A stretch of 64,000 nucleotides of DNA from NCBI GenBank assembly GCA_951406725.2, contig OX597816.1, positions 160,270,001 through 160,334,000 on the forward strand, in the 5' to 3' direction. The number at the start of each line of letters is the position of its first letter. The first letter of the stretch is position 1. This DNA comes from Octopus vulgaris (lineage: Eukaryota). A program made the translations under genes and the position numbers. Shown here piece by piece: positions 24,037 through 38,297 of this stretch. The notes below the pieces were generated by a model that searched no databases, was not told the origin of the DNA, and saw only the letters and a program-made list of their open reading frames with translations.

Positions 24037-27000
24037 TTATTAACACTGTGAGCTGGCAGAATTGTTAGCATGCCAGGAAAAATGCTTAGTGGCATTTCAC
24101 CTGCCCTTATGTTCTGAGTTCAAATTCCACTGAGGTTGACTTTGCCTTTCATCCTTTCGGGGTCGATAAATTAAATACCAGTTGTATACTGGTGTCAATC
24201 TAATTGATTGGCCCCCTCCCGCCAAATTTCAGGCCTTGTTCCTATAGTAGAAAGGATTAAGGATTATTATTATTATTATTATTATTATTATCATCATCAT
24301 CATCATCATCATTATTTCATTGGAAGATTAATAATTCAGATTGCGGGTCAAACTAATTTTCTCTTGACCTTTCTAAATTTTGCTAATCAGAAGATCTTAT
24401 CATTTGAAGTGGTTCTTACTTTTATATCAAGTAGTTTGCATTATTTACTAAAAGCTTTTAAGAAGTGTCATTCCAAATATATGCACAATCTACATTTTGC
24501 CTCTGTTTTACAATGTTCACATGGTTTTTGGTATATTTATAAATGTTATACACATAACAATTGTATTGATATGTAATGTACTGTTTAAAAGAATTTTTGG
24601 AAATAAATTTTGTATTTATTCATGTATTTTTATCACCACTATGATGACAGTTTTTATTTTCACAAGAGACTGCAGGATAAATTCAAAACAATGTGAATAA
24701 ATACATTTGACAGAATAATCAGAGTGCTAAAGGGTTAAAGGAGATTTGGTTGGTATTTTCAGCATATCTCTTGACTATGTAGTGACTCTGTCAACACAAA
24801 GTTATCAAAGAGGGTTAATACTGAAAAATACTGGGCAAAAATTCTGATATTTAATCACAGAATAGCTAAATACCATAGTACCAAAGTAACTAAACAGTTT
24901 TAGATCAAATTTCCTTGGGGTCAACTTTACTTTTTGCTATTTCAGAGGTCATTAAAATAAGTACTAATCAAATTCTGGTGTTGATTCCAATGACTATAAA
25001 ACCTTGTCTAACAAAATCTAAATCCTTGTCCCAATGTAAGGAATCAGTGTTGTTATATAACAATTCTTTCTCCAAAGATTGGGTTTGTATTTTCTTGTAC
25101 CACACAACTAATAAATAAGCTCATTCACTTTAAAGTTCTCTAATTTTTTTTTCTTTAAATTTTAGCTCAATCAGTACAGCATCAGTTAGAATGCTTCATG
25201 CCATTTTTTTGACTCCTTCCACCCTGAGCTCAAGCTTTGCTTTTCGTCCTTTCAGGGTTTCTAAAAAAGTATCTGGTGTGGCAGATTGGCAAACCTTTAA
25301 GAATCCTTTCTTTTATAGGCATACACCCTATAAATTTCTGTGGTTAGTTAAGGGATGGGGTTTAGTTGATTATATCAACTCAAGTGCTTGACCAGGCAAA
25401 GTCCACCTTGGTGGGATTTGAACACAAAATGTAAAGACAGATGAAATGTTGCTGTGCATTTTGTCCAGCACAGTATAAGAATACTGAACTAGATGCCTTG
25501 CAGTATTTGTTCTAGCTGTTAGTGTTCTGGGTTCAAATTCCACCTTGGTGACCTAATAGACCACTCTTGATTAACCAAAGACCTAGTCTGGCAAGTAAGG
25601 TAAATCCTCAAAATAAATGCCTACTCCAGATAGACGATATTGGATGGAGTAAAAAAAGGGGTTCTTCCAGCTTACAGAACAGGTACCATTGTAAATAAAC
25701 CAGAGGAGAAAAGGGCAGCACTCATTGCTCTTTAAATGTCTGTGAATTGTGAGAAGGAGAGAGAGAGAGAGAAAGTTATACTCATACTGGGGACCAGGTC
25801 TGAATGCTTTTCATATAATTGGTCTCTGCTAAAAGTACCCAAAACCCAGTTGTTGTTGTTGGTTGGTTTTTGGGGTGAAGGTACAGAGGTACCAAAATAT
25901 CTTGTTATAGAAATTAAATAACAAGATGCAGGTGTGGCTGTGTAGTTAAGAATTTTGCTTCTCAACTACATGGTTTTGAGTTCATTCCTACTATGTGGCA
26001 CCTTGGTCAAGGAATCTTTTATTATAGCCCCAGGCTGATCAAAGCCATAAGAATTGATGTGGAAGATGGAAACTGAAAGAAGCCCTTCATATGTATGTGT
26101 GTGTATATGTGTGCACACGTGTGTGTGTGTGTGTGTTTCCTTATCTTGACATGTGCTAGTTGTAAATGAGTGTCACCCTCATGCAAGTATTGTTATTCAT
26201 TTCCAGTCTGCTATAAAAACATGTGGACATGGGGAAATATTACCTTGCTTGGAAACAAATGGGGGTTGGTGAAAGGAAAGGCATCCAGCCATAAATCCAT
26301 CTCAACAAATTCTGTCCAACTCATTCAAGCAAAGAAAATTATAAGTTAAAATGATGATGATGTTGATGAAGACCAAAGGTTTTGAAGAAGGCTATTATTA
26401 ATTTATGCAACACCAATACTTAACTAATATTTAATTTATTAACTCCAGTATATAACTGGCACCAAATTTTATCTCCCCTTTCTAGCTAGTTGGTACTAGA
26501 TTTATCTACCTCAGTGTTTGACAGGTACTTAATTTCTCTACTCAGAAAGAATGAGACATGGAGATGATTTTCATCAGTAAATTAAGTACTTTATGACATT
26601 GATCTCTTTAACTCAATTCAGATTTAACCAATTCCTTGCCAAATGTTGATAGTTTCCTTCATTTTATTGTTCTTATTGGTTCTGTTATTATAACCCCAGG
26701 AAGTAACGCCACTCTTCCTTATCCCTAATTTTATTTATTTTTTTGTTTTTGATTATTTAGTCAGGAGAGTAAGCAATGCCTATCACTTTTCCCAGGGACA
26801 CTGAGAGTGATGAGAGGGATGAAGGGGGAGGGAGGTAGATATCCTCAAACCAGAGACCTGTGGATTCCACTACAGCCCCATTAATTCCTATTTTGCTATA
26901 GTGGACCTCCATAACCATTTATTGTATATATATATATTTTAAAAAATCCTATTATAGTTTATAATTAAATACTATTAGGAATTGTATTAAACAAATGTAA

Positions 27001-27759
27001 AATATTTTGCATGGGTTATTGCCAGTGCCACCTGACTAGCTCCCATGCCAGTGGCATGTAAAAAGCACCATGCAAACATGGTCGGTGCCCCCACCACAAC
27101 TGGCTCCTGTGCTGGTAGCACATAAAACGCACCATCCAAATGTGGCCGATGCCAGTGCCGCCTGACTGGCTTCCATCGCGGTGGCACATAAAAAGTACCC
27201 ACTATACTTTTGGAGTGGTTGTTATTAGGAAGGGCATCCAGCTGTAGAAACATTGTCAGATCAGACTGGAGTCTGGGGCGGCCTCCTGGCTTGCCAGTCC
27301 CCAGTCAATCTGTCCAGCCATGCCAGCATGGAAAACGTACATTAAATGATGTTGATGATGTATAAGTGTAAGTAATTTATCACATAAATTTTAACATGAA
27401 AATCTTATATGGACCCCCAAGGGCCATCTAGACCCGGTTGAGAACCCCTGCACTAAAAGCATCCAAGATATCAGGTGATAGTGTATGCTTGATCAGATTA
27501 AGTCTATTATTCAAAGTAGACTTCTGTGAGATTTAGACTCAAAATGCAAAGAGCTGGAAAAATTACTGTAAGACCTCCGATGCAATGTTCTTGCAGTTCC
27601 ACCATTTCACCACTCTAGATTGGTAGGTTTTTTTTTTCCAACCCCCAAAGCATAAAAGAAAATATTGACCTTGGTGGGATTTGAACTCAGAGTGTACAGA
27701 GCTCCATCAGGAGTTTTATCCAGGGCTCCAACATCCCAGTAGATAAAATGGAAAAGGAG

Positions 27760-28065
27760 GCGAATGAGGGAGATGTACTGGAACAGCCACTTTGACAAGC
27801 AGGGATGTGGTCCAGTGGTTGAGAACACTAGAGGTCTCCATTGTCACAGGCTCATCCATAAACCTATCAGAGAGTGACCAATACTTTGACACTTTGCCCT
27901 TCTTGGCCTGATGAGCAGCGGAGCCTGGGTTGGTAGCTGAACACACCAAGTTGCTGCTGGGAAATGTGTCACAGAACAAGAAAACTGCCAAGACTATGAT
28001 GTGATCTGACAAGCCTTTTAGAAGGGGAAAGATATGATCATTTAGGCAGGGACTTTTACATTTCA
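27760..28065 (-). mobile_element. CRE-clade non-LTR retrotransposon RLE-domain fragment
   Basis: CDTFPSSNLVCSATNPGSAAHQAKKGKVSKY...EPVTMETSSVL then, frameshifted, WLFQYISL. Resembles the CRE/Cnl1-type C-terminus (DT...GSAA..AE..K..KY...P.A.ET.G...WLFQR.S). Confidence 0.7.
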
Positions 28066-29277
28066 TTGAGCTTTCATCATCATCATCGTTTAATGTCCGT
28101 TTTCCATGCTAGCATGGGTTGGACGGTTCGACCGGAGTCTGGGAAGCCAGAAAGCTGCACCAGGCTCCAGTCTGATCTGGCAGTGTTTCTACAGCTGGAT
28201 GCCCTTCCTAACGCCAACCACTCCGTGAGTGTAGTGGGTGCTTTTTATGTGCCACTGGCACAGGTGCCAGGCGAGGCTGGCAATGGCCACGATCGGTTGG
28301 TGCTTTTTACGTGCCATTTCAGTTCTTCTACGTAGTCTTACAATTATCATCATAAAGAGTGAAAGTCACACACACACACACACACTATTGAAGTATCCCA
28401 GCCTACTTTTCTCACCAAAGTGGTCAATAGACCTAGCTTTGAATGATCTGAAATAAAGTAGTGGGTGGGGAACAGAAAAAAAAAAGCAAAAATAATCCCT
28501 ACCTTGGCAGGATTTGAATGTAGTATGTTAAATGGTTGTAATTAAATATCATAAAGTATTTTATCCCACATACTCTGATTCTGCCATCTGCCACTATTTT
28601 GCTGTATTGTGTATTAATGTTGATCTGACCTTATACAAATATACTAACAAGTTTTGCTCTATTGTTTATTAAATGTTGGTCTGACCTTATTCAAATACAT
28701 GAACAAGCTAGATTTTCTCTTGGTCAGTAACTACATCTGGCTTTGCAACATAACTATCAAATTCCACCTTAATTAAATGATTTCTGGCATTAAATAGGCC
28801 TTAATTGCTTACTTCCTGAACTGGGTGAAGTATTAGCGGTAGACGCGGTAATGAAGAAATGTAGACCAGCTGACCAACTTCACTCGACTGTTTGGAAGCT
28901 TCTAGATATATTAATCTGGCATGAAATCTAAATCTCCATGATTAGTCAACATTAGTTAGTGTTGTAATTTGTTTTCTGTAAGTGCCAACATACTTAATTA
29001 ATTAATTGATTAAAGATGTGAAGGTTATGCTTGACGGTTCAATCCTAAATAGACTCTATTTATATAACGTGCTAATTTAACTGATTCCACATAGAAAGGT
29101 ACCCAAGTGATTTCGAAATAAATTTAGTAGAAAAACATATCAGCTACATTTTTCATTATTCGTCCTTAGTAAGACATTAAACTGCACTGGCTGTGAGGCT
29201 CCAGCTTAGGAGTTCAGCAGTTTGGGTGAGTGTGGAGTTATTCCTGATTCATCACTACTCTCAGCTTCACTCTAGAC

Positions 29278-29598
29278 CAGTTGTTCTCAACTATTTTTTA
29301 CCTATGGATCCCTTTGATTCCTGTTCTATTCTGGTGAACACCCATAGCCATTTCATTTTTAAAAACTAGTTTTATTGATACGCCTTTCAAAATTCTTTTT
29401 TTGTTTATCACACATTCACTTGTTTAAGGCTAAAAAACTAAGTAAAACATCTGACAAAGAAACCTTTTCTTGCAATAAATACATCTAAAGCAAAGCTTTT
29501 TCATGGACCTATAAAAATCTATTATGGATCTAATTTACTATTTTGCTTGTTTAGACTCCCTAAAATCTTATATGGACCCCAAGGGTCATATGGAACCA
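29278..29598. mobile_element. hAT-Charlie-like MITE (partial)
   Basis: CTCTAGAC target followed by CAGTTGTTCTCAAC TIR. Same family ends GTTGAGAACCCCTG at ~27449 and ~40000. Confidence 0.65.
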
Positions 29599-29599
29599 C

Positions 29600-29841
29600 A
29601 GTGATGGCTATGATGCTCCCCCACTACTTCTGCTTGTGATCAGAGATGCACATATCGTCAGCCACTAAGGGATATGCTCAACTGGTTAAGGTCAAACAAC
29701 TGACAAGCAAATCTGTGGCATTGAACGGAATATTTGCTGTAGCCTATCTTTTATACCAAGACAAAACAATGTACATGATTACACTTCCAATTAGTTAAGA
29801 TCAGAAGCCATGAGAGCCACTGCCTGGTACTGCATCAGGGC

Positions 29842-29890
<49 letters not shown>

Positions 29891-29897
29891 GTTGTTA

Positions 29898-29935
<38 letters not shown>
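29600..29935 (+). mobile_element. Retroposon 3' end with terminal stem-loop and long (ATT)n tail
   Basis: TGCCTGG..TCAGGGCA hairpin immediately before ~90 nt of (ATT)n; family unassigned. Confidence 0.5.
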
Positions 29936-29936
<1 letters not shown>

Positions 29937-30336
29937 CCAGTTTAAGAAGCTAGGGTGTGATTTGTGGGACATTTTACTGTTGTTTCTAGCAATTCAAGCA
30001 ATGCAGCAAAGATATTTCTTTGTTGGCTTGTAGTAAACTTAGTTGTTATTGTTGTTATTAGGCCTCTAATTAAAATGTTGATCAAATAGACCTTTGATGA
30101 AAAATATTCCATTCTTGAGCATCCCTTATTTTTGTATGTTAGGAACTACATTGCTGAAAATACCCTAATGAGTAAAATGCCATGGCGTAATTTGAGAAAG
30201 ATTTGGTTGCTATTTTGAGCATGTTGAGCAAGCAGTAGAAAATCCCTTGACCAGCCAAACATTCATTGAAGTCACTTTATTTGTTATGCAGTGACACAAT
30301 AAAGCACAATTCTTTCTCTCACTCACTTTGTTTCAG

Positions 30337-30374
30337 GTCTTCTGAGAGGTGGTTGGTTTGAGAAGCAGCTTGAA
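30337..30374 (+). other. Candidate small exon
   Basis: Pyrimidine tract ..CTTTGTTTCAG| and donor GAA|GTATGG. Open as (G)LLRGGWFEKQLE; protein not recognised. Confidence 0.2.
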
Positions 30375-30430
30375 GTATGGGTTACTTAGGGATAATGTAA
30401 TAATTGGTGTGAGGGTGTGTTTATGGTTAC

Positions 30431-30461
<31 letters not shown>

Positions 30462-31999
30462 CAGACAATAGGGGAGAGCTAGATATGCTCAGTATAGAAA
30501 ACAGGTGGCAGTGCTGAAATGAATTTGAACTTAAACACCAAATTCTTCATCCAGGGCTAGGCCCTTAGCATTAAGAGCGGCTGAAAGAAAAATCCAAGAC
30601 AAACTGATATGGAAGTAGTGATGCAGATAAATACAATTAGACTTCACTCACACACATACACACACCATGTGCCGGTGGCACATAAAATGCACCATCCGAA
30701 CGTGGCCGATGCCAGCGCTGCCTTGACTGGCTTCCGTGCCGGTGGCACATAAAACCGATCATGGCCATTGCCAGCCTCGCCTGGCACCTGTGCCGGTGGT
30801 ATGTAAAAAGCACCCACTACACGGAGTGGTTGGCATTAGGAAGGGCATCCAGCTGTAGAAACACTGCAGACCAGACTGCAGCCTTCTAGCTTCCCAGACC
30901 CTGGTCAAACCGTCCATCCCATGCTGGCATGGAAAACAGACGTTAAACGATCATGATGTTCAGAAAGATAATACATATACTTAATAGATATACTTAATAC
31001 ACAGAGCATAAAAAATACTAAGAAGAAAATACATAATTTTAAAACTCGACAGCCGTTTCAGGAAGCTCAGAGTTATGTAATAGTTGTAATATTCATAATT
31101 TGCAGGTGGTATATGAAAGAAGAATTGGGTATGCAACCAGTTAACAGTCACATAGAGATATTACAGTAAGTAAGATATGTATCTTATATTGTAGCCTCAC
31201 TATAATAAAGATTAGTTTTTAAATGTATGTTCTCTCCACTCCCTCCATAGTTATTAAATACTACCCCTACCTCTCTCGACCTCTCTCCACTCTTCATTCT
31301 TTGCATCATGGTGTTTCTGATTGATATTAGGAATTTGCCATTACCTGAAAACAAAGTCACTGCCTACCATCACCACCACCACCACCACCACCACCACCAC
31401 CACCACTACCACCACCACCACCAGCATGAAAAACACCACCAACACATCAATACCAGCTTCTGGTTTTTATTATATAGGTCATGCTGATCTTAACACAGAG
31501 CTTATTCCGTATTTTTTTATGTTCTCCACTCACCCTGCCAAGCCCTACAATACCCTACACTCCATTCTTGATGTAACATGTTGCATTTAACCAAAAGATA
31601 AATATCTGTAACCCGATATTTTTTCACAGACCTCTGTTCAAAGTTGTGGCTTGTGAAATACATATTTCCGTTCATGTTTCTGCAGCTAGTCTCTGGAAAT
31701 ATTGTCTGACAAGACAGAATGCAAGTTTTACTTGTAACCATTATAACTTTCTAAAGACTATAATGAGTCTGTGATATTCTGTTTTTTTCTGTCTATTTTG
31801 TTTTCTTTCTGAAGCTTTTATCTATAATTGTTTTAAATGGTTTCTTCATAGTAACTTCCTTACTGGCAAGACTTTGGTTGCCATTCATTGAAACTAATGC
31901 AGTCTGTTGTACACTAAACAAACCTATTTAAGTTTAGGTCCTAACTTCTCATGTTAGGAAAATTTTTTTTGTCTTTTTCATGTAAACAGTTTGACAATC

Positions 32000-32735
32000 T
32001 TTGTGTGTGTGTGTGTGTGTTTGAGTTTGTACCAGCATGTGTGTGTGTGTGTGTGTGTGTGTGTTTGTACTAGCTTGTGTGTGTGTGAGTTTGACTGTGT
32101 GCCAGTGTGTGTATATATGTACGCAAGAGAGTATCTGCCTCTGTGTGCTGGCATGTGTGTATGTGTGTGTGAGTTTGACTTTGTGCCTGTGTGTGTTTGA
32201 GTTTGTACCAGCATGTGTGTGTGTGGTTTGTACTAGCATGTGTGTGTGTGTGAGTCTGACTGTGTGCCAGTGCGTGTATATATGTATGTGAGAGAGTATC
32301 TGCCTCTCTGTGCTTGACTATGTGTGTGTATGTGTATGTACTAGTGTGTGTGAGTTTGACTTTGTGCCATGTGTGTATATGTGTGTGAATATATGCCTCT
32401 GTGTGTTTGTGTGTGTGCATGTTTGTTTGTGCATTTATGCATGTGATTCTGATAGTGGCATCCAATGTAAGAAAATTTGAAATGTGTCCAGGGAAAATAT
32501 ACTTAAGTGTGTGTTTGTACCAGTGTATGTGTCTGTGTGTTTGAGTGTGTGCCAGTGTGTGTGAGTCTGACTGTGCCTGTGTGTGTGAGTATCTGCCTCT
32601 GTGTGCATGTGTGTGTACCAATGTGTGTGTGTTTGAATCTGACTGTGTGCCAGTGTGTGTATATGTGTGTGTGAGAGTGTCTGCCTCTCTGTGTGTGCAC
32701 ATGTGTATGTGTGAGCCCATGTGTGCGTGCGTGTG
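32000..32735. repeat. TG-rich complex minisatellite
   Basis: Recurrent GAGTTTGACTGTGTGCCAG, GTATCTGCCTCTGTG and TTTGTACCAG units within (TG)n. Confidence 0.85.
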
Positions 32736-32912
32736 AGAGAGAGAGATAAAGAAAGAGAGAGAGTTACAAATATAAAGTGATACGTAATTATTGGAGCAAA
32801 CTTGCTACAAATGCTAAAACCTCATAATAATATCTCATTATCTCTTATGGTGACCTCACACACACATATATATGTAACATTGGCAAACCTCTTCTCTGAC
32901 CCATTGTTGGTA

Positions 32913-32944
<32 letters not shown>

Positions 32945-33242
32945 TTCAGGCTAGGTTATTTGTTTACAACTTAAGTACATGCTTGTTCAGGATGGTTGGG
33001 ACCTCTTGCTTATCTTGCATGCAACTATATATATCACTTACACATACACACATATATGGGCCTTTGGTGACAGAAACCTATGAGAAAGACATTGAAGTAC
33101 GATGCCCTCATCCAGCATCTGCTTTGCCAAATCCTTTTAAACCATCCAGCACATGTCAGGATGAAACATATGTTAAATGATAATGATGTTGCTATATGTT
33201 TGTATGTATGTATGTATGTGTATGTGTGTATGTGTGCGTGTT

Positions 33243-33277
<35 letters not shown>

Positions 33278-33577
33278 TATGGGTTAGAGACAGGTACTCC
33301 ATCCTGTCAACACCTCAAATGTAAAATTCTCCAATGTAAAGTTATCCCCTGAAGATGGAGGCGGTGTTATCCATTAATGGATCCAAGTAACTATCATTAT
33401 TCTGGATCACCAAACCCCCAGAAAAAGCAGTTGAACTCCTAAAACTCTACCCATTTGACTCGTGATATCATTTATATTCTGCAAGTTAGACTATTTTATA
33501 TCCATACACCTGTACATTTTTTTCTATTAAATGTATTTAATATTCTGTGTAAATTGACTTGTTTGTCATTACATTTA

Positions 33578-33617
<40 letters not shown>

Positions 33618-34916
33618 ATTTAATGTCCCTTTTTCTGGTTCTGGGTTCAGTTCTACTGTGTGGTATTTGAGCAAATGTCTTCTACTATAGCCTTCAGCTG
33701 ACCAAAGTCTTGTGAGTGAACTTGGTTGACAGAAACTTGAAAAAGCCCATCGTATGTATGTATGTGTGTGTGTGTTTGTTTGTCCCCTACCACTGCTTGA
33801 CAACCAATGTTGGTGTGTTTATGTCCCCTTACCTTAGCAGTTTGGTAAAAGAGACTGATAGAATAAGTACTAGGCATTAAACAAGAAAAGCAGTACCGGA
33901 GTCCTTTCATCTGACTGAAAATTCTTTAAGGCAGAGCCCCAGTATAGCTACAGTCTACTGACTGAAAAATGTAAAAGGACAAAAAAAAAAACCACCAAAA
34001 AATCATAGAGAGAGTGAGATCTGATGGAAATCAGCTCAAAGATTAGCATGACTGTTGCTTATTAATGATCTGTGTAACAGATTTCTAGCCTAAATTTGAA
34101 CTATGAACTCTTGCTTCACTTAACATTAAATCTCATCAACATGTCTTTTTAATATTTATGTTTTCTTTAGCATAGAAACAAGGAAAGTTGTTTTGTTTTG
34201 TATGTCTTCCAGCTTGCTTTAATCAATCACAAGTGTTAGCTTACCCTGTTTATAATCTTATTATAATTCATTCTTTTAACTTCAGATATATAAGTAAACA
34301 ACAAGGGGTCAGTCTGCAGTCTAGTGTTTGATAGTGAAACATGTAAGCAGGAACTAGAGGTTGCTTAGCCCTCTATCTTTAGCCATAGGTCAAAGTGACC
34401 TCTGCTTCCACTGCTCAATAGCAACAGTAAGAAACCATCAGAACTATCAGCAGTTGCTATGACTTGGTAACTTATGTTGCACACTTGCATTCATGCATGC
34501 ACATGCATAAATGTGTACATAGACACATACACATACACACAAATGCACCCTTATACACATGCATACACCCACACACACACGCATGCAGCCACACACCTAC
34601 ACATGCATGCACCAACACACACACATGCACCCACATGCATGCAGCCATGCACCTACATACACCCACACATGCATGCACCAACACACATGCACATGCACAC
34701 ACACACATGTATGCACCTACTCACATGCATGCACCAACACACACACACCTACACCCACCCACGTATGCATGGACCTACACATGCATGATCCCACACACAT
34801 GCATACACCCACAAGCATAGTAGACCTTTATCAAATCGGCTTTATCAAAACATACATGTGGCTCACAGTTTAAAGAGGCATTTTAGCATCTATACACAAA
34901 CACTGCCAAGAATACT

Positions 34917-34971
<55 letters not shown>

Positions 34972-36121
34972 ATAAGTGCAGATCAGAAGTGGATGCGTGT
35001 GTAAGACATTTGTTTCCCAACCACATGGTTTTGTGTTCTATCCCACTGCATGGCACCTCAAACAAGTGTCTTCTATAGCTTCAAGCTGATCAAAATTTGG
35101 CTAGTGAATTTGATAGAGGAAATTATTTGAAATCGTATTCTAAGTGTGTGTGTGTCTTTACATCTGTGTTTGTTCTTCCCAACATCTTGACAATTGGTGT
35201 TGGTTTGTTTGCATCCTTATAACTGAGCAGTTCAGCACAGAGACCAATAAAATTTGTATCAGACTTAAGAAATAAGTACTGGGCACTTTCAAGGCAGTGC
35301 TCCAGCATGGCCACAACCCAGTGACTGACACAATTATATCTATCACGCTAAATTTCACTTGTACCACTCTCTTTACAAAAATGAACAGTTCTTGGTGTTC
35401 ACCTTCAATAAAACGTCTGTGAAGTACTTCAGTCAATTTAAACACCTGAACAGTAATACTTCAAATGCAAACTTTACACCTGTCTCATGACAATGACTTT
35501 TAAATCACCTGACCTGCAGCTTTACTACAACTATCATATAGATGTTTCATACATTCCAATAATGACACTCCCTAGTATCCTATACCCTTTTTCCCCACAG
35601 ATATTCTGTTTCTTTCTCTCTTTTCTGCTATATCAATGATCTCTGCTCCTCTCAGCTACTTGTGCTGTTTGTGTTGTTTTGTTCCTTCTCGAGACATGCC
35701 TGGCTCATAAGGACCGGTTTCCCGGTTTCATTGGAGTATAGGTTCCCCACCTAGACAGGACGCCAGTCTGTCACAGGTGAGTTGTCAGATGCAGGAGGGA
35801 AGAGTGAGAGAATGTTGTGGTGAAAGAGTCAGTAGAAGTTTGCCATTGCCTTCTGTTGGAACCATGTGAAGCTCAGGTGTTTTGCTCATAAACACACAGC
35901 ACCTGGTCTGAGATTCGACCCCGTGATTCCTCGACTGCAAATCCACTGCTCTAACTACTTGGCCATGTACCTCCACTTCAGCTACCTATATGGTTGTCAA
36001 ATTCACTGGGGGATAGGAGGTGGATTCTTGATAGCTCACCTTCTCTTTTTCTTTCTCTCCTCCTCCTCTTGACATTTCTGCTGCATCTCACTGCAAAGGA
36101 AAATACTTTGATTGATTCTCT

Positions 36122-36520
36122 CTTTTACTCTTTACTCTTTTACTTGTTTCAGTCATTTAATTGTGGCCATGCTGGGGCACCACCTTTAGTCAAGCAAATC
36201 GACCCCAGGACTTATTCTTTGTAAGCCTAGTACTTATTCTATTGGTCTCTTTTGCGGAACCGCTAAGTTACGGAGACGTAAACACACCAGTATCGGTTGT
36301 CAAGTGATGTTGGGAGGACAGACACACAAACACACACACACATATATATACATATATATGATGGGCTTCTTTCAGTTTCCGTCTACCAAATCCACTCACA
36401 AGTCTTTGGTCGGCCTGAGGCTATAGTAGAAGACACTTGCCCAAAGTGCCACGCAGTGGAACTTAACCTGGAACCATGTGGTTGGTAAGCAAGCTACTTA
36501 CTACACAGCCACTCCTACAC
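36122..36520 (-). mobile_element. Near full-length CORE-type SINE
   Basis: Reverse complement of the dominant SINE, head to (TAAAAGAG)n tail. Confidence 0.85.
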
Positions 36521-36794
36521 CTATATCCTACAACTGGGTTGTTTGGGTTGGCATTGGTAGAATGGCACTCAACAAACGGAGAGGCAGCTCATCTAATGAC
36601 AACATGTATGATTGTGGAACAGTGTCACAATCTATGGAAAACCTGCTGTGGAGATGTCCTTTAATACAAAGAGTTATGTACTTCTGTTGGTGTGTCAGTA
36701 TGAAGATACACAGGAATGTGTAAAGGTTTATGAACCAAATTTGTGTGAATGTGAAGTGAACTTCACATTGCAATAAATACTTTTATATAATAGG

Positions 36795-37190
36795 GCACAG
36801 GCATGGCTGTGGGTAAGAATTTGGCTTCCTGACCACATGCTTCTGGGTTCAGTCCCAGTGTGTGGCACCTTAGGCATGTGTTTTCTACTATAGCCTCAGG
36901 CTGACCAAAGCCTTGTGAGTGGATTTGGTAGAAGGAAACTGAAAGAAGCTTGTTGTACATATATATATTGTCTTTGTGTTTGTGTCCCACCACTGCTTGA
37001 CAACCAGTGTTGGTGTGTTTACATCCCTGTAACTTAGCAGTTTAGCAAAAGAGACAAACAGAATAAGTACCAGGTTTTAAAAGAAAATTAAATATTGGTG
37101 TCAATTCAAATCGGCTGAAAATTCTTCGATGTGGTGCCCCAGCATGGCCACAGTCTAATGACTAATACAAATGAAAAATAAAAGATAAAA
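36795..37190 (+). mobile_element. Near full-length CORE-type SINE
   Basis: Head GGCATGGCTGTGGGTAAG through tail. Other copies at ~33630-33990, 38920-39285, 45575-46000, 56365-56735(-) and 61285-61650. Confidence 0.8.
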
Positions 37191-38297
37191 GACAATACTT
37201 CCTTCTTGTAATTGCAAATGTTTGGAATTCTCTTCCCATTCACATTTTTCCTGCGGACTTGGCAAACATCAGGTTCACTGGTGTGGGTGAGCCTTCAGAG
37301 AGCTTTGGCCATTTCCTTTGCTCTGCTGATGTCTTTGTCTTTTTTTTTGTGACCCACTGCTTCTGTCGGTGAAGGCTCTGCTTGTTTGCTAATGAAAGAA
37401 GTCTTTAAAAATAACGGAAAATAACATAATGAGGTTATTAATTAATACCGTAAATAATTACTTGTAAATAAATAATGATCTTTCTACATAATTATTGAAA
37501 TGTAATACCATTTTATATTGCCGAACATATAAACAAGCTTCTGTGTGGTCGTTCAACCTGCTAAAAATATCAGCCAAATCTCAACTTCAAAGTACATTTT
37601 AGTGTCTTGATAAAGAATATATCAGGTAATGTGGCCCTGTGTTTCCTGCACATTGCAAAAAAGATGGGATGGCCACTGTTGGAATCTTCTTCATCATATG
37701 TATCTGATTGATCTGGGTCAACCTGGGGCTAAACAGCAACCAGAACCACTTGCTGTGTTTTGTTTTAAAGGATTGTTGGAATGTATTGATTACTTCTTTG
37801 TACACCACCACCACCACCACCACCAACAACAACAACACCACCACCACCACCATCTCTATCATTTCACCACCAAAAAACAACAATACCACCACCACCACCT
37901 CTATCATTTCACCACCAACAACATCACCAACACCAATAACTCCATTGCTATCACCACCACCACCACCACATGTTTGCTATATATTAATTAGTGCTGGTGT
38001 TATCCAGCTGTAATGTCCTGTTTTAATTAGATTTTAATCAAGATTTTCTTTTAAAATTAGAAACTATAGTACAGGCAGGCCATCACAAGCAGATCAAGTT
38101 GTAAGAAACTCTAAGGAAGAGTTGAACACAGCAGAAGACCTCCAGAGAAGCCTTCTTCATTCTTGCTCCATCATGCAAGTAATTTGGCCCTTAACTTTTT
38201 CACTGTGAGAAGGTCAGGAACATATCCAGGTCATAACTCATGGATACCACTCTACTGTCATATTCTCTGCTTTTGTCTGTATGAGACCCACCTACGA

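Noticed and set aside
34020-34442. Possible degraded long inverted repeat (TCTGATGG/CCATCAGA, ACTGTTGCT/AGCAACAGT)
   Set aside because: Only short scattered stems; not distinguishable from chance by eye. The same applies to 21.9-22.05 kb and 2485-2585.
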